IMG/VR virus record: IMGVR_UViG_3300037756_000021
Span: 1 to 34,762 of that record
Reading direction: 5' to 3' (one strand)
DNA: 34,762 nt
Source of the DNA: a virus
Lineage: Duplodnaviria > Caudoviricetes
Shown here: positions 7,840 through 14,369 of the stretch, in pieces
Numbering within the stretch: the first letter of the stretch is position 1
How the letters are laid out: the number at the start of each line of letters is the position of its first letter
The notes under the pieces: model-generated
Told to the model about the DNA's origin: nothing
Databases searched by the model: none
What the model saw: only the letters and a program-made list of their open reading frames with translations
Program-made: the position numbers and the translations under genes

Positions 7840-8442
7840 CTACCCTGCAAAGTCCAGGAACAGCTCGGCCGGTGCCGCCGGTTCGGGACGGATCCCCGTC
7901 AGGATGTGGTCGCGCCAGAAGGCATCGACCTTGGTGAGCATCCGGTCCTCCATGTCCGGCTCGCGCTCCAACAGGAATGTCCGCAGACCGGCGCCCACGA
8001 GGACGCATACGGCAGCGGTGTTGCGGTTGGTGCAGGCCATCTGGGCGCGCACCTGTGCCTCAACGTGAAGTGGCAGCGGGCCGCGAATGGGCCACATCTC
8101 AGGACGACCAGACAGCTTGATCTCGACGAGGCCCGGTGGCTCGCCGAGTACGAGGTAGTCCGGCGTCGCGCATAGACGGACTCTCTTGTGAACGTACGTC
8201 TTGCTGTTGGCACGCAGACGCAGACCCAGTCGTCGTGCAGCCAGTGCGGCGATGGCTGGTTCCATAGCCGTGCCCGTTTCCATGTACTCGTTCACGTCCC
8301 GCGTCAGCGCGAACGGTGAACAGAGTCGATCCCAAATGCCTTCGGGGGTTATGTATGGATGCGGCCCGAGCAAAGCGCCAACCTCTGAGGCCGTGACGTT
8401 TTCCGACCGGATCGCGTCGTTTCGCGGGTTAAGCGGCGGCAC
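7840..8442 (-). CDS. YqaJ/lambda-exonuclease family recombination nuclease
   Basis: VTASEVGALLG, G...EPAI, ATPD, VEIK, QVRAQM motifs. Confidence 0.9.
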   Translation of the reverse strand: MPPLNPRNDAIRSENVTASEVGALLGPHPYITPEGIWDRLCSPFALTRDVNEYMETGTAMEPAIAALAARRLGLRLRANSKTYVHKRVRLCATPDYLVLGEPPGLVEIKLSGRPEMWPIRGPLPLHVEAQVRAQMACTNRNTAAVCVLVGAGLRTFLLEREPDMEDRMLTKVDAFWRDHILTGIRPEPAAPAELFLDFAG

Positions 8443-9001
8443 GTCGGCGTCCTCCCAGCCATCGCTTCCATTCGATCACCAGGCGGTTGCGCTTCGATGC
8501 GTTGCATCGCGCACAGGACGCCGCCAGGTTGCCTATCGCATGGCGACCGCCACGAGATAGCGGGATGACATGCTCGACCTCATCCGCCTTGGCGCCGCAG
8601 TAGATGCACGGTTGCGTCAGGATCTTGGCGAGGTCGCGTGCGGTGACCTGATGTGTCGTGGCGGCCTTCCGCTGTGCGGTTCGCTGCGCCTGTCGGAGTC
8701 GTGCAGACAACATCGCGGTAGGCCGCTGTTTGTAGGCCCTTCCGTAGGTGCGTCTGTACTCTCGATGGCGTTCGCGTTGCGCAAGGGCGACAGCCTGTCC
8801 TTCGGCGGTGGCACGTCGCTTGGCAGCCACTTCGCGGACGCGCGCGCGGTTGCCCGGATCGAGCCGATTGGCAGCTCGACGCCTGTTCGCGTCGATGCGT
8901 CGACAGGCATCGCTACACTTGACGCCACGACCTTGGCCCATGTATGCGCCGCCGCAAACGCGACAGGAACGCGCGGTCACCGGATGGAAGTCAGGCATCA
9001 T
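8429..9001 (-). CDS. HNH endonuclease with N-terminal Zn finger
   Basis: CRVCG...CSDAC N-terminus; CIYCG...EHVIPLSRGG...NLAASCARCNASK. Confidence 0.9.
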   Translation of the reverse strand: MMPDFHPVTARSCRVCGGAYMGQGRGVKCSDACRRIDANRRRAANRLDPGNRARVREVAAKRRATAEGQAVALAQRERHREYRRTYGRAYKQRPTAMLSARLRQAQRTAQRKAATTHQVTARDLAKILTQPCIYCGAKADEVEHVIPLSRGGRHAIGNLAASCARCNASKRNRLVIEWKRWLGGRRRAAA

Positions 9002-9237
9002 CGCCCCTCCTCTAGCCGCCGCACGCACTCCGGGCAGCGCGACAGCATTGGCCAGGCGTGCCGCTCCGCGATCGCCGCGTTGCCGCACAGGTAGTGGGTG
9101 CGCGCCACCGCACCGCGCCCCGGCAGCAGGTGGCCGATCTTGTCGGGGCCGGCCCTGAATGACATGCCGGGCGGAAGGCGCAGCGGCTTCTGCGGCTGCG
9201 GCCCGCCCCAGAGCTGGTCTGGCGTGATGGGGGTCAC
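8998..9237 (-). CDS. Zn-finger microprotein (H...LCG...CPEC)
   Basis: Coupled ORF with GTG at 9237. Confidence 0.65.
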   Translation of the reverse strand: MTPITPDQLWGGPQPQKPLRLPPGMSFRAGPDKIGHLLPGRGAVARTHYLCGNAAIAERHAWPMLSRCPECVRRLEEGR

Positions 9238-9464
9238 CGCAGGCCGGCCCGTTCCGCCCACTGGACGTGGATCGCCGTTGCGTTATGCCGGCTGACCGCT
9301 TCAATGATCTGCCGTTCGCCGTCGGCTGCCGTGATCCAGCCGCCGCACGCGCATGGTTCGCGCCGGATCGGAGCGAGCTGGCAGCAGCAGGGGTAGTGGC
9401 GACAGTCCGCGCAGACGCCGTTCGGGATGAGCGGATGCGGCTGGTAGGCCGGCGCTACCGTCAC
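9234..9464 (-). CDS. Cys/His-rich microprotein
   Basis: CADC..CCC..CACG..HN..H; GTGA coupling. Confidence 0.65.
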   Translation of the reverse strand: MTVAPAYQPHPLIPNGVCADCRHYPCCCQLAPIRREPCACGGWITAADGERQIIEAVSRHNATAIHVQWAERAGLR

Positions 9465-9673
9465 CGGAACGCCCTCCGTATCGCATGCATCAGCTCGGGC
9501 CACTCCCGAACCCCGGCCATATCCAAGTCGGCCCGCGCCAGCGCCAGCGCCTGCCTCAGCTCGCGCTCGGCCCGGTACGAGGCCCGGTGTTCGGCGTAGG
9601 CGGCGTCGAACTCCTCACGACAGCGGATGCAGTGCGGGTCCTGGCGTTCGTCGTGGGTGGCGTGGGGGGTCAT
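9461..9673 (-). CDS. Hypothetical protein (H..H..HCIRC plus coiled coil)
   Basis: ATGA coupling. Confidence 0.65.
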   Translation of the reverse strand: MTPHATHDERQDPHCIRCREEFDAAYAEHRASYRAERELRQALALARADLDMAGVREWPELMHAIRRAFR

Positions 9674-9873
9674 GCGGGGATCTTGCTCGGCTGGAGCCAC
9701 ACGCCCCTCGGCGGCCAGATATACGGACCGGGGTAACGGTCAAGGACCGCAAGGGCGCACGGTTCGCACCACCGCTCGCGCCGCTTCTCCAAGCCATAGT
9801 CGCTGCCGTGTCCGTGGAACACCCGCACGTTGATAACAGCCGGCCGGTGGCGGCAGATCTCGCAGCGGATCAC
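9670..9873 (-). CDS. Zn-finger microprotein (CEIC...CEPC)
   Basis: GTGA coupling. Confidence 0.65.
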   Translation of the reverse strand: MIRCEICRHRPAVINVRVFHGHGSDYGLEKRRERWCEPCALAVLDRYPGPYIWPPRGVWLQPSKIPA

Positions 9874-10139
9874 CGGATCGCCTGCGCTTCGGCGTTGCTC
9901 TGCCAGTCGTGCCACGCGAGCCCCTGCGTAACGGCGTCCTCTCGCTCGACCGTCTCCCGCGCCAGCCGCCGCGCCGTCCGCCGTATCGCCAGCAGGGCCA
10001 ACAGCTCCGTCCTGCGGTTGTGACGGGCCGGCGTCCAGGTGGCGCGCATCCAGCGGCGGTCGCGTTTCTCCTGTTCCCAGAGGGCGTGGGCACGGGTTTC
10101 GAGGGTGATGGCTATGGCTTGGGCTTCGATGGGGGTCAT
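9870..10139 (-). CDS. Hypothetical protein
   Basis: Coupled ORF. Confidence 0.65.
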   Translation of the reverse strand: MTPIEAQAIAITLETRAHALWEQEKRDRRWMRATWTPARHNRRTELLALLAIRRTARRLARETVEREDAVTQGLAWHDWQSNAEAQAIR

Positions 10140-10393
10140 GTCGACAGCTCAGGCGCGGGGACCACGATCTTCTGAGGCTCGCGCATGATCACCTCGCCGC
10201 AGCGACGGCAATACAGAAACTCGGGTCGGCCGTCCGGCGAGTAGGCATCCGTGAAGTCGTGCGCACCGTTCTCATCGGTGTTTGCGAACCGACATCGGTT
10301 TACGTCTGCCATTTGGTGCCCAGTCCTTTCATGTGCCCAAGGGATCGAAGCCGGCGAGCGCTGGGCACAGCCACCCGCCGGCCTGAGGGTCAA
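10136..10393 (-). CDS. Zn-binding microprotein (C...HDF...CRRCG); start may be ATG 10312
   Basis: AAAGGA upstream of the internal ATG; Cys/His motif. Confidence 0.6.
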   Translation of the reverse strand: MTLRPAGGCAQRSPASIPWAHERTGHQMADVNRCRFANTDENGAHDFTDAYSPDGRPEFLYCRRCGEVIMREPQKIVVPAPELST

Positions 10394-10605
10394 CCCGCGC
10401 CGGGCAGGGGGGATTGCGCGACCGGCGACCCAGAGGGCCGGCGAGGCTCCACGTCTCGGCTCGCGGCTCCCCAGAAGCCGGCCAAGTCAGGAACGTCGCC
10501 GGCCCTCTTAGGCGTCGGGCGCTTGCGGTTCGCTTGCCACTGATCGACGACCGCGCAGATCGCGCACGAGGCGTCGTGGGGCCAAGTGGTATCGGGTTTC
10601 GTCAT
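10390..10605 (-). CDS. Hypothetical protein (HDASCAIC)
   Basis: ATGA coupling. Confidence 0.55.
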   Translation of the reverse strand: MTKPDTTWPHDASCAICAVVDQWQANRKRPTPKRAGDVPDLAGFWGAASRDVEPRRPSGSPVAQSPLPGAG

Positions 10606-10805
10606 GCCCGCACCACGTCGTGATGCTGTCCTGGAATGAGCGTGATCTCCCAGCCATAGGCGTCGCGGGCGATGCGCCACTTCGGCGCGTCAAACTGGCG
10701 ATTGCGTGGGTAGGGCAGGATCTCCGTGATCCGGTGCGGCTTGCCTAGGAACAGGAGGTCGTCGCCGACGCGGATTCGGCCCGCCGGAACGGTCAGGGCC
10801 GTCAT
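10602..10805 (-). CDS. Small beta-barrel-like hypothetical protein
   Basis: VPAGRIRVGDDL motif; coupled ORF. Confidence 0.65.
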   Translation of the reverse strand: MTALTVPAGRIRVGDDLLFLGKPHRITEILPYPRNRQFDAPKWRIARDAYGWEITLIPGQHHDVVRA

Positions 10806-10957
10806 CGCTCGTCTTCCCGGAAGTGCCGTCGCTCAACGGGGTGCGCCATGCGGTCCCAGAACGGGTTGGAACGCGGCCATTCGTGCCGGACCCATGCCGC
10901 GAGCGCGACGAAGAAGCCGGTGAGCATGGCGACGAGCAGGAGGTCGATGGGCGTCAT
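10802..10957 (-). CDS. Small membrane protein
   Basis: MTPIDLLLVAMLTGFFVALAAWV; ATGA coupling. Confidence 0.65.
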   Translation of the reverse strand: MTPIDLLLVAMLTGFFVALAAWVRHEWPRSNPFWDRMAHPVERRHFREDER

Positions 10958-11121
10958 CGCGCCGCCCTCAGAACCAGCCATACCCCCACAACCGCGACCG
11001 CGATCAGCGCCACGGTGCCGAGGCCCAGGAGCATGAGCGGACGCCAGTTGGCGGTGCCGGCGGCGCAGGCGATGATCGCCTCGGCGGCTTCGAGGGAGGT
11101 CGGAGCGGTGAGGCAGTTCAT
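10954..11121 (-). CDS. Small membrane protein
   Basis: C-terminal TM LMLLGLGTVALIAVAVVGVWLVL; ATGA coupling. Confidence 0.65.
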   Translation of the reverse strand: MNCLTAPTSLEAAEAIIACAAGTANWRPLMLLGLGTVALIAVAVVGVWLVLRAAR

Positions 11122-11252
11122 GCGGGGTACGTCGCCCGCATGGCTCGGAGTTGTGCGACGATGACGACGTTGCGCGTGGCCTGCATCTGCTCGGCCACGA
11201 CGCGGCGGGCATACAGCCAGCGGAGGAGGACGCCGAGCGTGGTGTGGCTCAT
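11118..11252 (-). CDS. 44-aa hypothetical protein
   Basis: ATGA coupling on both sides. Confidence 0.55.
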   Translation of the reverse strand: MSHTTLGVLLRWLYARRVVAEQMQATRNVVIVAQLRAMRATYPA

Positions 11253-11827
11253 GCCGCGGCCTCGGCAGACTCGGGGCGCTGGACGTTCCCTTCGTCGGGC
11301 TCGATCCATCGCTTGCCGTTGACGATGTTGCTGATGAGGGCCTGCGACACGCCGTAGGTGCGGGCCAGTGGCCCTTGTCCGGTGCCCTGAGCCCACGCGG
11401 CACGGATCGCGCGTACCTGATCCCAGTCCAGGCCGCGCTTGCCGAGACGACCTTTGCGTCCGGCGTCCTGCAAGTTCTCCTGGTGCGTGGCGGCAAACAG
11501 GCCGGCAGGATTGCAGCACGGCGGGTTATCGCAGGTGTGGCAAACCTCTAGGCTGCGGTCGAAGTCGGGGTGGACGAGCCGGTATGCCTCGCGGTGCGCC
11601 TTGCGCGTCCAGCCGAAGTAGCCCTGCCCGTATCCGGCGGTGTCTCGACCGCCTGGTCCGACGTACGGCCAGCAGGCATCTGGCCCGCCCGACTGGTCCA
11701 CGAACCGCCAGAACGGCGCAGACATAAACAGAGCATTCGGAAGCGGCTGAGAGTGGACCAGCGTACCTTCGTGCGCGATCCGACCGTTACATAACTGCAT
11801 ATTATCGGAAGTAATAGATAGGCTCAC
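11249..11827 (-). CDS. HNH homing-type endonuclease with C-terminal HTH (true start may be ATG 11725)
   Basis: FWRFVD...DACW...GYG...AHR...VCHTCDNPPCCNP...THQEN; C-terminal QGPLARTYGVSQALISNIVNGKRW. Confidence 0.88.
   Translation of the reverse strand: MSLSITSDNMQLCNGRIAHEGTLVHSQPLPNALFMSAPFWRFVDQSGGPDACWPYVGPGGRDTAGYGQGYFGWTRKAHREAYRLVHPDFDRSLEVCHTCDNPPCCNPAGLFAATHQENLQDAGRKGRLGKRGLDWDQVRAIRAAWAQGTGQGPLARTYGVSQALISNIVNGKRWIEPDEGNVQRPESAEAAA
11717..11744 (-). other. Second, degenerate dif-like site: GCTTCCGAATG-CTCTGT-TTATGTCTGCG
   Basis: Shares CTTCCGA and TTATGT with the first site, has a 6-bp spacer, same orientation, offset by 68 bp. Confidence 0.4.
11784..11812 (-). other. dif-like XerC/XerD recombination site: ACTTCCGATAA-TATGCAG-TTATGTAACGG
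   Basis: 11-bp arms with inner TAA/TTA symmetry and the TTATGT XerD core, in an AT-rich island. Resembles B. subtilis dif (ACTTCCTAGAA-TATATA-TTATGTAAACT) but has a 7-bp spacer. Confidence 0.7.
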
Positions 11828-12012
11828 GCTACCTCCGGCTTCGGGGTCAGAGCCTCTACGATCAGGCGCGCCTCATCGGGTGTGGGCATGACGCCGCGCT
11901 CAATGATCGACAGCCGGCCCCGGTTGATCCCGGTCAGCTTCGAGAGCACGCGGATGCTGAGCCCGCTGGAGCGGCGAAGTTGACGGAATGGGGTTGTGCT
12001 GGGGGTATCCAT
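11824..12012 (-). CDS. Cro-like XRE-family HTH regulator
   Basis: FRQLRRSSGLSIRVLSKLTGINRGRLSIIERG; first gene of the early operon. Confidence 0.88.
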   Translation of the reverse strand: MDTPSTTPFRQLRRSSGLSIRVLSKLTGINRGRLSIIERGVMPTPDEARLIVEALTPKPEVA

Positions 12013-12040
12013 TGACGTAACCGTAGCACTCGGTTATACC
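12012..12040 (+). promoter_or_regulatory. Candidate divergent promoter TTGACG-N17-TATACC
   Basis: Correct spacing; points to the RBS and small ORF at 12061-12142. The -10 lacks the final T. Confidence 0.45.
12018..12036. promoter_or_regulatory. Operator-like palindrome TAACCG-N7-CGGTTA
   Basis: Perfect 6-bp arms overlapping both promoters, flanked by TTGAC (12012) and GTCAA (12044). Confidence 0.6.
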
Positions 12041-12048
12041 TGTGTCAA
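12020..12048 (-). promoter_or_regulatory. Early sigma70-type promoter TTGACA-N17-(TGc)TACGGT giving a probably leaderless cro mRNA
   Basis: Consensus -35 at 12043-12048, extended -10 at 12020-12025, ATG 7 nt downstream, no RBS. Confidence 0.75.
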
Positions 12049-12070
12049 CAGCAATCTTGCGGAGGTACCG

Positions 12071-12142
12071 ATGACAGATGGACAGCGCCACGGCGGTGAG
12101 TCGGCCCGCGTCCCGGTTCGCGTCCGGCAACAGGCACCATGA
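12071..12142 (+). CDS. 23-aa plus-strand ORF (MTDGQRHGGESARVPVRVRQQAP)
   Basis: GGAGG at 12061-12065, 5 nt before the ATG, downstream of the candidate divergent promoter. Confidence 0.4.
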   Translation: MTDGQRHGGESARVPVRVRQQAP

Positions 12143-12204
12143 CGGCTTGAGCGTATCGTGATTAGGAATGGTTGACGTGTCCAGTAGGGCGGATGCCCTA
12201 ACGC

Positions 12205-12230
12205 AAAAAGCCGCCCCCGAAGGGGCGGGC
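12205..12230 (-). terminator. Rho-independent terminator ending the late operon
   Basis: Minus strand GCCCGCCCC-TTCG-GGGGCGGC-TTTTT; a second small hairpin TAGGGC-GGAT-GCCCTA at 12185-12200. Confidence 0.85.
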
Positions 12231-12262
12231 AATCTGCTGCGCTTCGCGCTGTTGTGCGTGGG

Positions 12263-13558
12263 TCAGCCGCCGTCCACGATGAGGTCAGCGGCCCAGGTCA
12301 GCGAGGCGTCGGCCGCAGTCGTATAGGTCGACACGTCGTGCCAGATCAGGAGGCTCCGCGTCCCGCCCTGGATCGGATGCGGACGCACGATCCTGGTCGC
12401 GCCTGTCTCGAGCACCTGCGTAACCGCCCACGTTCCGCTGAACGCCCAGCGTTCGATCGACCACGTACCCGAGTCCTCGCGCGACAGGTAGACGATGCCG
12501 CCGGTCGTGTTGCGCGGGAACATGACCCCGCCGTTGTAGTGGATGGTGGCGATGTAGCCGAAGGTCACGCCCGCCGCGACGATCGAGGTCGAGACCCACG
12601 AACTGCCGTTCCAGACGGTGCGGTAGTAGATCGTGTTCGTGTCCGAGGTCCAGTCGCCGTACGCGATCTCTGGGTCTGGCCCGTCCCCGATATCGAACAG
12701 GCGCGCGTTGTGCCCGCCCGCGGTGTCGGTGTCGACCGCCTTGTCGAGCGCCGTCACCACCAGCGGGAGGTTCGTTCCATCCTTGACGTTGCCCAGCACG
12801 GACCCGGCGAGGTTGAGGATGTCCCCCGTGTCGAGCTCGATCTCGCAGTAGTAGATGTCGTGGATCGAGGATGAGGTCGGGTGGCCGGTCAGCGCCACGC
12901 GCAGCTTCGTCGGATCGGAGGCGATCGGGACCGTCCCGATGTAACCCTGCTCGCCGGACCCGAAGTCGAACACCCGGCGGATCGTCTCGTTCGTGTCGAA
13001 CCAATCATCGGACCAGACATCGACCCAGTAGCGGGAACTCTCGCGGACGAACACATGGATCTCGTCCGTCCCAGGTCGGCGCCATGACTGCGCGTAGGTC
13101 GTCACACCTGACAGGGTGATCGTCTCGTCGGGCGTCACCAGCGACGTGATGTCCCCGATCACGGTGCCCTTACGGACGCGCAGCAGGCTGTCCTGGTTAT
13201 GCCGGCAGTAGAAGACGATCGGCACCTTGTCGGTCTCGATCACGAGCGCCGCCGCGTTGTGGTCGTCGGATTCGGCGGTTATCAGGAGCCGTGTCGTCAC
13301 GTCGTCGTGATCGTCCACTGCGACTGAATACACCCGGCCCTGTCCGCTCGACTGGACGCCCGAGATGTTCACCCGCCCGCCCGACTCGACCGCCTTGGGG
13401 ATGACCCACCACGACGCCATGAAGTCGTCGATCCGCACGTCGCTGAGGTCGAGTTGGACGAAGCTGCCACCCCCGCCCATGAGCAGCCGGCGACCGAGGG
13501 TCACGGCCCCGATCGCCGCGAGTGCTGATCCGACGATGAATCGGCGCCGAGTGAACAC
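12263..13558 (-). CDS. BNR-4-repeat-like beta-propeller protein with twin-arginine signal
   Basis: N-terminus MFTRRRFIVGSALAAIGAVTLG; DDHNAAAL, TYAQ, Asp-box-like SDDWFDT and IYY motifs. Confidence 0.75.
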   Translation of the reverse strand: MFTRRRFIVGSALAAIGAVTLGRRLLMGGGGSFVQLDLSDVRIDDFMASWWVIPKAVESGGRVNISGVQSSGQGRVYSVAVDDHDDVTTRLLITAESDDHNAAALVIETDKVPIVFYCRHNQDSLLRVRKGTVIGDITSLVTPDETITLSGVTTYAQSWRRPGTDEIHVFVRESSRYWVDVWSDDWFDTNETIRRVFDFGSGEQGYIGTVPIASDPTKLRVALTGHPTSSSIHDIYYCEIELDTGDILNLAGSVLGNVKDGTNLPLVVTALDKAVDTDTAGGHNARLFDIGDGPDPEIAYGDWTSDTNTIYYRTVWNGSSWVSTSIVAAGVTFGYIATIHYNGGVMFPRNTTGGIVYLSREDSGTWSIERWAFSGTWAVTQVLETGATRIVRPHPIQGGTRSLLIWHDVSTYTTAADASLTWAADLIVDGG

Positions 13559-13583
13559 GCCGTGAGTTGTACCACGGCCGGAT

Positions 13584-14360
13584 TCACCGCAACTGCTTGA
13601 GCTTGAGCGTCGAGCCGATCTTGGTGACCGCCGATTCGCTGCCGGTCTGCGTGTTCTGAGCGAACTTGAAGTTCATCGTGAACGCCTGCGATGGTGCGAT
13701 TATCACGCCTTCGATGAGGATGAAGCGCACCGTCCCGCCCGACGTCCCGCCAGCCGCGATGTCGGTCAGGGCCGTCCCGCCCGAGATGCGAATACCAGTG
13801 GACACGAGCACGGCGTTGGCGGCGGTGTCCGAGCCGAGGTAGCGGTAGGCTGCCGAGAATGTCCCCGCCGACGCCACGAGGTTGCACTTGTAATCGCCCG
13901 CGAGCGTGGAATCGTAGAGCACCAGCAACTCGAACCGCCACACGTCAGTCGTCGCGCCGACCGCCCACAACAGCTCGGAATCGCTGGTCAGGACCGCCGA
14001 GTTCGTCACGGTGTCGTCGGACGCCTTGACGATGGTCGAGTCCCAGTCGGAACCGCCGGCCGCCGCGGCCCATGCAGCCGTCGTGCCATTCGACGTCAGG
14101 ACCTGGCCGGTCGTACCGATGGCGAGACGCGCCGCGGTATCCGCCCCTGTCCCCACCGCAATGTCACCGGCCGCATCCCAGATGGCATCGGTGGCGACGG
14201 AGCCTCCTCCCGCGCCACCAGACATCAGCGTCTCGGCGCCGGCATCATCCTTCGAGTACATAAGGCCGTCGGTCTTGGCGTAGACCGCGACCCGGCTCGC
14301 AGCGGGAGTCGCGGCGGCGGCGCCTTCGACATATGTGATCTTGGTGGTTTCAGTCGCCAT
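13584..14360 (-). CDS. Tail fibre / receptor-binding protein
   Basis: TPAASRVAVYAKTDG, AAGDIAVGTG..RLAIGTTGQVLTS fibre motifs and a C-terminal beta-sandwich; AGGAG RBS. Confidence 0.75.
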   Translation of the reverse strand: MATETTKITYVEGAAAATPAASRVAVYAKTDGLMYSKDDAGAETLMSGGAGGGSVATDAIWDAAGDIAVGTGADTAARLAIGTTGQVLTSNGTTAAWAAAAGGSDWDSTIVKASDDTVTNSAVLTSDSELLWAVGATTDVWRFELLVLYDSTLAGDYKCNLVASAGTFSAAYRYLGSDTAANAVLVSTGIRISGGTALTDIAAGGTSGGTVRFILIEGVIIAPSQAFTMNFKFAQNTQTGSESAVTKIGSTLKLKQLR

Positions 14361-14369
14361 CGTGTACTC

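Noticed and set aside
8340-8360. Other TTATGT occurrences (8349; also 14268-14273 on the minus strand) as further dif sites
   Set aside because: No matching XerC-like arm at the proper spacing.
837-9304. Long N-terminal extensions in the ORF track (837..1592, 2394..3506, 4584..5429, 5134..5964, 7307..8008, 8429..9304)
   Set aside because: They overlap better-supported genes; downstream starts with ATGA/GTGA coupling or an RBS fit better.
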